This document shows positions 50,564 through 60,238 of a stretch of 64,000 nt of DNA, in pieces. Where the stretch lies: NCBI RefSeq assembly GCF_036919495.1, contig NZ_JBALBZ010000027.1, positions 7,779 through 71,778 of the forward strand. Reading direction: 5' to 3'. The stretch is from Nostoc sp. Lineage in GTDB: Bacteria; Cyanobacteriota; Cyanobacteriia; Cyanobacteriales; Nostocaceae. Made by a program: the position numbers and the translations under genes. Under the pieces are notes generated by a model that saw only the letters and a program-made list of their open reading frames with translations, did not search any database and was not told where the DNA came from. Each line of letters begins with the position of its first letter. The stretch's first letter is position 1.

Positions 50564-51202
50564 TCACAAAGTTAATTGACAAATTGCTTTTAAAACTTGT
50601 AATAACTGACTTGAACGCTCTGTTTCCATTAAATTTAATTCTGGTAACAGATAATAAATAGGGGGATTTCCTTGTTCGAGATAGACAAATTGATAACTTC
50701 TACCGTTAGTCGTTAATCCCCAAACTGATTTTTTATTATCTAAATTTTTATAAGAGTATGTGAGTAGCTGAGATAAACCCGTTGATATATCAATCTGACT
50801 ATTTTTAGATTCAATTAACAGTACCCAAAAATATGTTTGAGGTTTTGTATATTTAGCTTTACTAATAGCTAAAATATCAAATCTTCCTTTAATTCTGATA
50901 TCTTCATCTTCAACTTCAATATCAGCAATATTTTCCTCCAAAACAATCTCGATAGGATAGCGATAAAAACCAGCTAATCTTAATAATGGGGCAACTGCAA
51001 GAAACTTTACCTGACCTTCAGAAACTTTACCTGCTGTAAGGTAGCGTCGAAAGTCATTTCTAATTTGCAGAAGTTCTTGCTGTTCTGGTTCCGTAAGAGG
51101 TTCCAGAGATAAGTAGTTAGAAAATAAGTCACTGTATTGTTCTTGAAAGCCAAACAGACGCTGAACTTCTTCTAAGGATAAATTACGAGCGTTGAGAATT
51201 GT
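50564..51202 (-). CDS. PD-(D/E)xK nuclease-fold protein (HsdR-N-terminal-like)
   Basis: GRFDILAI ... VLLIESK gives a D...E-x-K arrangement. Start taken at MTILNARN. Confidence 0.5.
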   Translation of the reverse strand, partial: TILNARNLSLEEVQRLFGFQEQYSDLFSNYLSLEPLTEPEQQELLQIRNDFRRYLTAGKVSEGQVKFLAVAPLLRLAGFYRYPIEIVLEENIADIEVEDEDIRIKGRFDILAISKAKYTKPQTYFWVLLIESKNSQIDISTGLSQLLTYSYKNLDNKKSVWGLTTNGRSYQFVYLEQGNPPIYYLLPELNLMETERSSQLLQVLKAICQLTL

Positions 51203-51326
51203 CATATATTTTTGCTTGATTAAGGTGCAACCCAATCCAAATTCCCTACATCAAACCTATCTTAACTCCTGCTTGACTGACCAACTTCCTTAGCGTTATT
51301 TTATTACTCTGAAACAATAAAATATT

Positions 51327-51408
51327 TGTAGGTTGGGTTGAACAAAGTGAAACCCAACAAAATCAAGGATTCTTCGTGTTGGATTTTGTTCCTCAACCCA
51401 ACCAACCC
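51327..51408. repeat. GTTGGGTT/AACCCAAC hairpin repeats
   Basis: tgtaggttgggttgaacaaagtgaaacccaac, and the second unit gttggattttgttcctcaacccaacc. Confidence 0.6.
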
Positions 51409-51427
51409 TTAGAACTTTCGTAGTTTA

Positions 51428-52816
51428 TTAAGCAAGCCTTTTTTTAACTTCTTCAGCCAAATCTACTAATAGCACTTCTACTTGCTCACCTGTTTTCAAA
51501 TCTTTCAGCGATGACTTTTGTGCTGCTGCTTCCTCAGAACCAATAATTACACAAAATTGAATTCCTTGTTTGTCAGCTAGCTGAAATTGTTTACCCAAGG
51601 GGCGCTTATCAAAATTAGTGATGACATTAATTCCAGCCTGACGCAGACGTTGCGAAACTTTTAAATAAGTTGGCATTAAATCTTCTTGCATGTTCACTAC
51701 CATTACCTGGGCTGGTGTAGCAGCTAAGGTACTAAGAATACCAGCTTTTAATAAGCGACTAATTAAGCGAGTTAATCCTATAGAAATACCTACACCAGGC
51801 ATTTTTTCACCCAAGAATACTCCAACTAATTCTTCATATCTCCCGCCAGAACAGATACTACCTAAAGCTTCATGTCCTAATAAGGTTGTTTCGTAAACTG
51901 TACCAGTATAATAATCAAGTCCACGGGCAATGGATAAATCAATGCAGAAACGATTTTCGACAACTCCGAGATTACGCACGCCTACAATTACCGTTTCTAA
52001 TTCGCTAATTCCCAGGCTTAATTGCTCGGTTTCTGACAGATTTTCTGCAAGATGCTTAAGTTTATCTAATACTTCATCAACGGAACCATCTATTTTAATA
52101 AAATCAATAATTTTTTGAGTCTGTTCTCCTGAAACTTCCTCTTTCTCTAACTCTTGTTTTACTTTAGTTTCACCAATTTTTTCTAAATTATCAACAATAC
52201 TAATACACGATTTAATTTTATCTTCAGTAATTCCTAATGATTTAAAAAAACCTGTAAGGACTTTACGATTATTAATGCGAATCAAAAAATCACCAATATT
52301 TATTGCTTCAAATATCTCAGTGATAATTGCAGGCATTTGAGCATCATAAAGCAAGCTGAGTTCACGACGAGCAACTACATCAATATCGCACTGGCGGAAC
52401 TGACGAAAACGCCCATCTTTTGCTCGTTCACCCCGAAAAACTACATCCATTTGGTAGCGGGCAAAGGGAAAGGTTAACTCATTCAGGTGACGGGCAATAT
52501 ACGCTGCTAAAGGAACTGTTTGATCAAACTTTAAAGCTCTTGCTTCCGAACCAGTTTCACCCGATTTATCTCTCTCGGCTTGCCGATTTGGTGGCAGGAT
52601 GGGGTCAATGCCATAAATGATATTGTCGCCTTGATTCCCTTTAGCTTGCAGCACTTCTAAACGTTCTACAGCAGGTGTTTCGATGGGCGTAAATCCATAG
52701 CTTTCAAAAACTCTACGGATGATATCTAGCAAATATAATTCTAGACGCTTTTCACTAGGCAGAAATTCTGGGAAACCACTAGGAGTAGAAAAGTTTATTT
52801 TGTCACCTTTTGCCAT
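51428..52816 (-). CDS. hisS: histidine--tRNA ligase
   Basis: Class II motif 2 FRGERAKDGRFRQFRQCDID and motif 3 GGRYEELVG...GVGISIGLTR, with a C-terminal anticodon-binding domain. Confidence 0.9.
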   Translation of the reverse strand: MAKGDKINFSTPSGFPEFLPSEKRLELYLLDIIRRVFESYGFTPIETPAVERLEVLQAKGNQGDNIIYGIDPILPPNRQAERDKSGETGSEARALKFDQTVPLAAYIARHLNELTFPFARYQMDVVFRGERAKDGRFRQFRQCDIDVVARRELSLLYDAQMPAIITEIFEAINIGDFLIRINNRKVLTGFFKSLGITEDKIKSCISIVDNLEKIGETKVKQELEKEEVSGEQTQKIIDFIKIDGSVDEVLDKLKHLAENLSETEQLSLGISELETVIVGVRNLGVVENRFCIDLSIARGLDYYTGTVYETTLLGHEALGSICSGGRYEELVGVFLGEKMPGVGISIGLTRLISRLLKAGILSTLAATPAQVMVVNMQEDLMPTYLKVSQRLRQAGINVITNFDKRPLGKQFQLADKQGIQFCVIIGSEEAAAQKSSLKDLKTGEQVEVLLVDLAEEVKKRLA

Positions 52817-52941
52817 GCGTGTACCTTACTAAGTTGAAATTTGAGATGAAAGCCTAACCACTGAAAATCGTGGCTACATAAACAAAGTCCGCCTGCGCGG
52901 ACTAGAGAATAATGATTGGTTATCTCTGAGCGAATAAATTA

Positions 52942-53388
52942 CTATCTTAGCCGTTCTTCTTGAATTAAGGTGCGTTGAAAGATTTGGTTGTTCTTAAACC
53001 AATGCCAAGTTCGGGCACGATTGTTATTGTCAGGGCTAATGTAGATCATTTCATACAAACTCATCTCTGGGTTTGTTTTATAAGTAAACTGCAAAATCAC
53101 AAGTGAATCATCGGCTTCCCAGGCTTTTCCATCTATGCGATCGGTGTCAAACCAAAGTTTATTATCTTTATAGCTTCCGGGAAATTCATACTCCTCTTGT
53201 TTACCATCAGACCATTTATAGCGATTGATTTGGTAGTAGGGATGAGGGCCATTTTCGGGAAATTGACAAGTTAAGTGAGACTCATACTTATCGAGGATTT
53301 TTCCGGCGGTATCAACTACTGTATAAGTTCCTACCCAATCTCCTTCATGACGGACAAGTACGGGCATTCCTTCTCGAATATTTGACAT
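52942..53388 (-). CDS. DUF3598-like protein
   Basis: 148 aa; HEGDWVGTYTVVD...YESHLTCQFPENGP pattern. Confidence 0.5.
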   Translation of the reverse strand: MSNIREGMPVLVRHEGDWVGTYTVVDTAGKILDKYESHLTCQFPENGPHPYYQINRYKWSDGKQEEYEFPGSYKDNKLWFDTDRIDGKAWEADDSLVILQFTYKTNPEMSLYEMIYISPDNNNRARTWHWFKNNQIFQRTLIQEERLR

Positions 53389-53401
53389 TGCAATTCACCT
53401 T

Positions 53402-53671
53402 TTATTGTTCTAACATTTGGAAAAATCGAGTAAAGTAATCGGAAAAAGTTTTCGCTGTACAACCAGAGTCTTTTATTACAATGCCTGGAACCTTTAAGCC
53501 AGTGACAGCAAATGCCAGTCTTCACTAAATAATGAATGCATTTTCTAAAATCGAGTCATCTGGCGCTAAGTCCGCGACGAGTAATGCCCGATTGGTAATA
53601 CTTTTAGAAACAGGAATCTTTACCGTGGCATTTACTGGGCGATTCAGAACAGGGATTGCAATGGTATCCAT
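53402..53671 (-). pseudogene. aroA: aroA (EPSP synthase) remnant with a large internal deletion
   Basis: The first 48 codons, MDTIAIPVLNRPVNATVKIPVSKSITNRALLVADLAPDDSILENAF (ATG 53671, stop 53527-53525), abut the last about 40 codons, LAFAVTGLKVPGIVIKDSGCTAKTFSDYFTRFFQMLEQ* (stop 53404-53402), in another frame. Confidence 0.75.
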
Positions 53672-53959
53672 TTTAAATCTCTGTGCAGGTAGTCAGCTAC
53701 AACTTAATTATGTTCGCATATTATGAGTGGGGAGTGGGGAAGGTTGTCAAAGACGGCTTTAATCATCGCTGGCATAACTTGACGCGATGCATAACGAATT
53801 CCGTTTTTCTTCCAAGCGATGCCTGCGGCGGGCTACGCCTACGCGTTTCTTGTCGGCTTCTAATGTTTTTCTGTATCCACACCAATATCTTTTGTCACTC
53901 CCACCGACTGCGATCGCCATTGGTTACGCTAATGAGTTGCATAGTGATGATGGCATTGG

Positions 53960-55378
53960 TCACTCCCCAGTCTCAAACCACCAAGGGTCATTAGTAGCGT
54001 TAGTTTTAATCAAAATAGCTTTTTTTCGCATGAACCGTTTCAGCGCGGCTGCACCCATGCGTGACCCTCCCATACCGGAGAATTTGAAGGAATTTTTCTC
54101 TCCCTCCTGCATGATGGCGGTGAGTCCAGCATCGTTGATACTAATACCACCTGCATCTATCTGTTGGGCAACTTCTAAGGCTTCGGCTTCTGAGGCAAAG
54201 ACAGCAGCACTCAATCCATAAATTGAGTCATTCGCTAAAGACACTGCTTCCTCTACTGTGGAAAAAGGCATTATTGGCATAATGGGGCCAAAAGTCTCTT
54301 CGGTCATCACTTTCATGGAGTGATTAACCTGGGTGAGAACTGTCGGACGACACCACCAACCCCCACCTAAGTCTTCAATTACACCGCCGCAGTGAATTAC
54401 TGCTCCCTTTTCTACTGCATCTAAAAGATGGTTGCTAATAATTGCTGCTTGGCTTTCGGTGATGATGGGGCCAATTTCTCCACTTTCGACTGTGGGGTAG
54501 GCTAGCCCAAGGCGATGGGCCTTAGCTACTAGTTGATGGTAAAATTTTTCAAATATCGATTCAGCAACATAAATCCGCTCGATTGATAAGCACGACTGTC
54601 CGGTGTTTACGACGGAACCCCACAATATTGCTGAGGTTGCTAATTCTAAATTGGCTGATTCTAAAACGATCGCAGGGTCTTTTCCGCCTAATTCCAAAAA
54701 AGCCGGAATAAACCGTTTAGCAGCCGCTTCTGCTACTTTTCGCCCCGTTGCTACGCTGCCTGTAAAGCATACCAAATCTACATTTTCAATCAAAGCAGAT
54801 CCAGTTTCGCCTGCTCCTTCAACAAAAGTTAATACGTCGCGCAATTCAGGAACGGCGCTGATTGCTGTTTTCAGTGGTGCTACGAAGCGGGGAGCAATTT
54901 CACTGGGTTTAACAATGACAGCACAACCCGCCAGTAATGCCGGAATGGTATCAATGGCTGACAGTAACAGTGGAAAATTCCACGGGCTAATTACCCCAAC
55001 TAGGGGATAAGGAACGGATGTTTGTTGCAAAGCGATAAATGGAATTGCTGTATTTTTGGCAGAGTCTTGCAGCAATTCCGGCGCTAACTTACACCAGCGA
55101 TCGATGCTAGAGAGGAAAGAGTCTATTTCCATTACTGAGGTCGAAAATCTTCCTGTATCATTTACCAAAGCTTCTGTGAGGCGATCGCGCCCTGATAATA
55201 TCGCTTTTTTCCACTGCTGTAAGGCTTCAATTCTCCCCTCTAAGCCCAGTTGCTGCCAGCTAACTTGCGCCCTGCGGGTGCGCTTACATTGCTGTGCCAG
55301 CAGCCTGGGAGGCGGCGGGATAATTACGTAGTCGAATTTGCCAGTTCGGGGATTGCGGACTTCTATTGTTTTTGTCAT
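53960..55378 (-). CDS. NAD(P)-dependent aldehyde dehydrogenase
   Basis: FLELGGKDP (catalytic Glu) and NTGQSCLSIERIYV (catalytic Cys). 472 aa. Confidence 0.9.
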   Translation of the reverse strand: MTKTIEVRNPRTGKFDYVIIPPPPRLLAQQCKRTRRAQVSWQQLGLEGRIEALQQWKKAILSGRDRLTEALVNDTGRFSTSVMEIDSFLSSIDRWCKLAPELLQDSAKNTAIPFIALQQTSVPYPLVGVISPWNFPLLLSAIDTIPALLAGCAVIVKPSEIAPRFVAPLKTAISAVPELRDVLTFVEGAGETGSALIENVDLVCFTGSVATGRKVAEAAAKRFIPAFLELGGKDPAIVLESANLELATSAILWGSVVNTGQSCLSIERIYVAESIFEKFYHQLVAKAHRLGLAYPTVESGEIGPIITESQAAIISNHLLDAVEKGAVIHCGGVIEDLGGGWWCRPTVLTQVNHSMKVMTEETFGPIMPIMPFSTVEEAVSLANDSIYGLSAAVFASEAEALEVAQQIDAGGISINDAGLTAIMQEGEKNSFKFSGMGGSRMGAAALKRFMRKKAILIKTNATNDPWWFETGE

Positions 55379-55470
55379 TGGTCATTTGTCATTTGTCATT
55401 TGTCAATAATTAATAGTTATTCTTCCCTTGCTCCCTCTACTCCCCATTCCCCATTCTCCATTCCCCAATT
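55374..55470. repeat. heptamer arrays (GTCATTT, CCCCATT) between the CN-hydrolase and aldehyde dehydrogenase genes
   Basis: gtcattggtcatttgtcatttgtcatttgtcaa (contains the ALDH start codon) and tccccattccccattctccattcccc. Confidence 0.9.
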
Positions 55471-56513
55471 CAAATAATTCCTAGTTTGGCTAACCGTTCA
55501 ATGGTGGCTTGCTGCGTTTGGAGGAAGTGTTTGCGGTCTACTTCTCCTTCCAGCATAGTATTAGCTGGGTAAAAGTGTGATTGGCGATAACTTTCGGCGT
55601 ATAGTTCAAATCGTTGGCGGGCAAGTAAATTATTTAACCCCGGTCGGCGGCGGTCGCGGCGTAATGCTCCTAAATCAATCTCTGCAAATGCTGCCATGCT
55701 CTCACCTGCACCTGTCTCTGCTAATACTATTCCACGATGGTCAATGATTTTAGAGCCACCATCAGCCGAAGCAATGGGGATAGCAATATTAGCGATGCCT
55801 GCGGTATTGGCTGAAACCACGTAAGCCATATTTTCGACGGCGCGAGTGATTTTTGCCGCGTCTTTGGGTGTGAGGTTTTTGTTATATACTTCCGAGGTGG
55901 AATGGACAAAAATCTCCGCTCCTCGCATCGCCAAACACCGCGCCACTTCTGGATACAAAATTTCTTCTGATGCTAAAGCCGCCAAATTACCGATCGCTGT
56001 TTTGGCTACGGGAAAAACTCCTTCTAAACCATAGCAGTCAAGATATTTATCCCAAACATCATGGGGTGTGGGAGCAAATAAAGAATTTAGCCGCCGATAT
56101 CGCAAAACAATTGAGCCAGAGGGGTCAAGAATAAAGCAGGTTTGGAAGTACAATCCAGGGAAGTTGGGGTCAACTTCGTAGGCGTTACCAGCTAAAAAGA
56201 TTTTATGCTTTTGGGCAATTTTACCAAGTGCTTCATACTCAGCACCAGCCATTTCTATACAAGCTTTTTCTGCCCATCCTAAGAGAGAATCTCCCATTGG
56301 GAAACCAGTGAGGAAATATTCTGGCAGTACAATTAAACGACAATCGAAGCCGATGAAAGCGATACTGGCAGCAATTTGTTGCCCTAGACGGTTGATGGAG
56401 TTTTGCATGAGCGATCTTGCTTGGAGGCGATCGCTTGTTTGGTTGACTGCATGACAAGTAACTTGCAGCGCCAAGGCCCGAAAGGAGTTTAGATGATCGG
56501 TATTATCTGCCAT
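55470..56513 (-). CDS. carbon-nitrogen hydrolase superfamily protein, aliphatic-amidase-like, with a non-canonical triad
   Basis: Aligns by eye with AmiE: LIVLPEYFLTG (Glu kept), IVLRYRRL (Arg where AmiE has Lys), AALASEEILYPEVARCLAMRGAEIFV (Ser where AmiE has Cys). Start taken at MADNTD. Confidence 0.75.
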   Translation of the reverse strand: MADNTDHLNSFRALALQVTCHAVNQTSDRLQARSLMQNSINRLGQQIAASIAFIGFDCRLIVLPEYFLTGFPMGDSLLGWAEKACIEMAGAEYEALGKIAQKHKIFLAGNAYEVDPNFPGLYFQTCFILDPSGSIVLRYRRLNSLFAPTPHDVWDKYLDCYGLEGVFPVAKTAIGNLAALASEEILYPEVARCLAMRGAEIFVHSTSEVYNKNLTPKDAAKITRAVENMAYVVSANTAGIANIAIPIASADGGSKIIDHRGIVLAETGAGESMAAFAEIDLGALRRDRRRPGLNNLLARQRFELYAESYRQSHFYPANTMLEGEVDRKHFLQTQQATIERLAKLGII

Positions 56514-56695
56514 GCGGTGTCCAAATTTTCTTACTACCTTATATAAAAGCAAAAAACCAGCATCTAGCTTATGTCAGAATTATTCTTAAATCTTCCACTG
56601 AGCTAGAACAACTGTAAATGGCGTGGAATTATTGTTTGCTTTTCCTGTCTTTGGATAAACTTAATTTAAATAAATAACTCTAGGTAGAAGAGAGA

Positions 56696-57625
56696 ATGTC
56701 AAATTTCCCCGATCGCACAGAGTCAAACACTGGTAAAGTTTTACTCATCGGAGTTACTGGCGGCACAGGTGGAAATGTCGTTAAGGGATTTCTCGAACAG
56801 AAAGTTACCAACCTGCGAGTTATCACTAGAGAAATTGACCTTAATCGTCCAACTCTTGCAAAACTCAACAATGCCGGAGTTGAACTGGTAAAAGCCAACC
56901 TCGACGATGAAATCTCCCTCATAGATGCCTTTACAGGAATTTCTGCTGTTTACTGCCATGCTACTTCTGCGGACTCCGCTAAAATTGACCCGCTAGAGGT
57001 GGAGAGAGCAAGGCGAGTTGCACAAGTAGCTAAACAGGCTGACATTAAGCACTTTGTCTACAATGGAGCAGGTGGGGCTGATAGGAATTCAGGAATCCCC
57101 CGCATAGAGCAAAAGTATCAAGTAGAGAAAATTCTCAAAGAAGCTGGCTTACCGACTACCATGTTACGAGCCTGCTTGTTTATGGAGGAGTTTTGGAAGA
57201 AGTACACGCGACCTTCCATCCTCAAAGGTAGTTTCCCATTTTCCATTCAACCAAACAAGCCCCTTCATTTAATTACAACGAAGGACATGGGGCGCGTTGC
57301 TGCTTACGTAATTAAACATCCCACCAAGTATATTGGTCAAGAAATTGAGCTAGCTGGCGATGTGCTGACTCCTCTTGAGATGGCAGAGGCATTCTCCCAA
57401 GCGCAGGGGATGAAAGTTGTCTACAAAGAGACACCCGCCTGGATTTTCTTACTCTTGCTGCAAAAGGAACTGTTCGATTTGATTCAGTGGTATCGCAAGC
57501 AAGGTTATCAAGCCGATGTCTGGCGTTTACGAGAAGAGGAGTTTCCTGGAATTCTCACCACATTTAGGGAATTTTTGGCAGAAACCAACTGGGCAAATAC
57601 GGAACTCACCTACGAGAGTCTGTAA
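56696..57625 (+). CDS. NmrA-family NAD(P)-binding protein
   Basis: Rossmann motif LLIGVTGGTGGNV. 309 aa. Confidence 0.8.
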   Translation: MSNFPDRTESNTGKVLLIGVTGGTGGNVVKGFLEQKVTNLRVITREIDLNRPTLAKLNNAGVELVKANLDDEISLIDAFTGISAVYCHATSADSAKIDPLEVERARRVAQVAKQADIKHFVYNGAGGADRNSGIPRIEQKYQVEKILKEAGLPTTMLRACLFMEEFWKKYTRPSILKGSFPFSIQPNKPLHLITTKDMGRVAAYVIKHPTKYIGQEIELAGDVLTPLEMAEAFSQAQGMKVVYKETPAWIFLLLLQKELFDLIQWYRKQGYQADVWRLREEEFPGILTTFREFLAETNWANTELTYESL

Positions 57626-57882
57626 TCGGAAGTACACTGTGGCAAAAATTGGCGGTTATGGAGTTTTGCATGAGCGATCGTAATGACACTTTATTCAGTC
57701 TATGATTTCTCATTTAGATGCCTTTGCCCTTAGTCTAAATTAAGTAATAATACTGCAACTTCATAGAAAATAGATTTTATTATACTTAATTATGAATATA
57801 AAAATAATTTTCTGGGTAAATATAGACAAATCAGAGTAAAAACAAATACTAATAAGTTAGTTCTTTTGTTATTAGTATACCT

Positions 57883-58383
57883 ATGGCTTTTGATTTAGAT
57901 AAAACTTTTCAACTAGACATAGCTCAAATGAATTTAAAAAAAGTACATACAGTAATATTTAGTTTACATAAACCAAAAATTCCTTTTGTAATTTCGTTAC
58001 TAGAGAACCCTAATAGTCCATTGGCCTTACCCGGAAAAATTAGTCTGCGCCATCATGATTATATTCACATACTTTTAGGTAGAGGTATTTCTCCTCAAGA
58101 TGAAGATTTTGTAATTGGATTTACAATGGGTAATGACTTAAAGAGTAATCAACTACATTTATTCATCTATAAACTTTTTGCTAAATTTATATATCTATAT
58201 TCTGATAAATTCTCGTCATTAGATTTAATAACTTTTAATTTTGGCTTTATATACGGCAGAAATATTAAATTTAAACAACTAAATGAGATTAACTTTGAAA
58301 TTTATCAAGATGAACCTATAGGAAATTTAAAAAATATTTTCGGGATTAATCATAAGAATATAAAACTTATAGAAAAGTATTAA
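57883..58383 (+). CDS. hypothetical protein with a Coq4-like HDxxH-x11-E motif
   Basis: HHDYIHILLGRGISPQDEDFVIGF fits HDxxH(x11)E. Very AT-rich gene. The family assignment is tentative. Confidence 0.4.
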   Translation: MAFDLDKTFQLDIAQMNLKKVHTVIFSLHKPKIPFVISLLENPNSPLALPGKISLRHHDYIHILLGRGISPQDEDFVIGFTMGNDLKSNQLHLFIYKLFAKFIYLYSDKFSSLDLITFNFGFIYGRNIKFKQLNEINFEIYQDEPIGNLKNIFGINHKNIKLIEKY

Positions 58384-58428
58384 ATTTTATTAATACTCAA
58401 TGACCATATATCTAAAAAAATTATCAAA

Positions 58429-60045
58429 ATGCACTTTTACCTTTCTAATAAACTGAGATTCGTTCCCTCTCAAATAGTAACTATAACGTTACTACTAACA
58501 TTAATCTTGTTTATTCCTCAAATCTGCCTCAACTGGCAAGCATATTCTAACTTTAATAGTATTACTAAATATGAATTCAAACTCCAAATGTTGAGTGATG
58601 AAATTACTTATCTTGATGAAGTATTAACGATGTCAGCACGCATGAATGCTGCTACAGGAAAATTTATTTGGGAAGAACGGTATCGCCAATTTGAACCTAA
58701 ACTTGATCTTGCTATTAAAGAATTTATTAAATTGGCTCCTAAAGTGGATGAGAATGAGGATGCTCAAAAAATTGATGCTGCTAATCAACGCTTAGTAGAA
58801 ATGGAATATCAATCTTTTGTATTGGTTAAAAAAAATCAAAAAGAGATAGCACAAATATTACTTTCTAACCATGAGTATGAAAGTCAAAAACAAATTTATG
58901 CTGATGGTATTGCTAAAAGGAAGCGTAATATCTCACTTCAGTTACAGCAAAAAGTTGATGATTATTACAAAAGAATGTTTTGGGCAATTTTAGAATCTAT
59001 TATAAGTTTAGCAATGCTGATTCCGGCATGGCTTTTAGTATTGCACTTATTACAGCAATACTTAAAAGCTAAAAAAATTGCTCAAGCCGCCTTAGAAGAA
59101 ACGAATTATCGGTTAGAAATGCAAGTTGCAGAGAGAACGGCAAAACTAAAAGAAAAAAATAATCAATTAAAACAGACACTGGAAGAATTGCAACACGCTC
59201 AAGTACAGCTTATCCAAACTGAAAAAATGTCCTCATTAGGTCAGCTAGTTGCTGGTGTTGCTCATGAAATTAATAATCCAGTTAATTTCATTTATGGTAA
59301 CCTGATGCATGTTAGAGAATATAGTCAGGATTTACTAAGTTTAATTAACCTGTATCAGCAACAAAAACTTAATTACAATTCAGAACTAAATAGTTTGATT
59401 GATGAGATAGATTTAGAGTTTATTATTGACGATCTGCCGAAGATATTATCCTCAATGGCAGTTGGTACTGACCGCATTCGTGAGATTGTGCTAACTTTGC
59501 GGAACTTCTCGCGTCTTGATGAAGCAGAAATGAAACCTGTTGATATTCATGAAGGGATTGATAGCACTCTATTAATTTTACAGTATCGTATCAAAGGAAA
59601 GCATAAACAGCAGGAAATTTCAATAATCAAAGATTATGGTGATTTGCCCCTTGTTGAATGTTATGCAGGAGGACTGAATCAGGTATTTATGAATATTTTA
59701 AGTAACGCTATTGATGCTTTATATGAATGGGAAGAAGAGTGTTTAAGTTTAAAAGGAGAGACTAAAAAAATTCTTAGCTCTATTATTATCCATACTCAAG
59801 TTAAGAATGAAGAGTGCGTGCTTATTAGTATTAAAGATAATGGGCCAGGAATACCAGAGGAAGTTAAGAATAAATTATTTGATCCTTTCTTTACTACTAA
59901 ACCTATAGGTAAAGGCACTGGCTTAGGATTATCTATTAGTTACCAGATTATAGTAGATAAGCACAAGGGAAAAATCGAGTGTATTTCTTCACCTGGTAAG
60001 GGTACAGAGTTTTTGATTGAGATTCCAATTAAGCAGATGCGGTAA
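58429..60045 (+). CDS. membrane sensor histidine kinase
   Basis: Two TM segments, a coiled coil, H-box VAHEINNPV, N-box MNILSNAIDA, G1 DNGPGI, G2 GTGLGL. Confidence 0.85.
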   Translation: MHFYLSNKLRFVPSQIVTITLLLTLILFIPQICLNWQAYSNFNSITKYEFKLQMLSDEITYLDEVLTMSARMNAATGKFIWEERYRQFEPKLDLAIKEFIKLAPKVDENEDAQKIDAANQRLVEMEYQSFVLVKKNQKEIAQILLSNHEYESQKQIYADGIAKRKRNISLQLQQKVDDYYKRMFWAILESIISLAMLIPAWLLVLHLLQQYLKAKKIAQAALEETNYRLEMQVAERTAKLKEKNNQLKQTLEELQHAQVQLIQTEKMSSLGQLVAGVAHEINNPVNFIYGNLMHVREYSQDLLSLINLYQQQKLNYNSELNSLIDEIDLEFIIDDLPKILSSMAVGTDRIREIVLTLRNFSRLDEAEMKPVDIHEGIDSTLLILQYRIKGKHKQQEISIIKDYGDLPLVECYAGGLNQVFMNILSNAIDALYEWEEECLSLKGETKKILSSIIIHTQVKNEECVLISIKDNGPGIPEEVKNKLFDPFFTTKPIGKGTGLGLSISYQIIVDKHKGKIECISSPGKGTEFLIEIPIKQMR

Positions 60046-60211
60046 GCAAATATATGCACTATGCAGCTTACCTGCTTCCTTGCCTTTTGTTCAAGCTTAC
60101 ATTGTTTCTGAAACAGATATATTATTTGTGGTCATACCTTTGACATAATTTTGCAATGGCTTTGTCAATACGATCTGCAATAGTTTACTCATCAAACTGT
60201 TTAACGGAACT

Positions 60212-60237
60212 AGGCAGGTAATCCCTGCCTTTTTTTA
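60212..60237 (+). terminator. intrinsic terminator
   Basis: aggcagg-taatc-cctgcct followed by T7. Confidence 0.75.
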
Positions 60238-60238
60238 T

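Noticed and set aside
51428-52816. hisS looked atypical (insert RQAERDKSGETGSEARA; motif 2 FRGERAKDGRFRQF)
   Set aside because: All class II motifs and the anticodon-binding domain are intact. Without a database comparison I cannot say this differs from the normal Nostocales HisRS.
53910-53965. Hydrogenase maturation protease-like N-terminal fragment (AIAIGYANELHSDDGIGH) on the plus strand
   Set aside because: Only about 18 codons, overlapping the aldehyde dehydrogenase 3' end. Too short for a feature call, so it is mentioned only as context in the aroA remnant finding.
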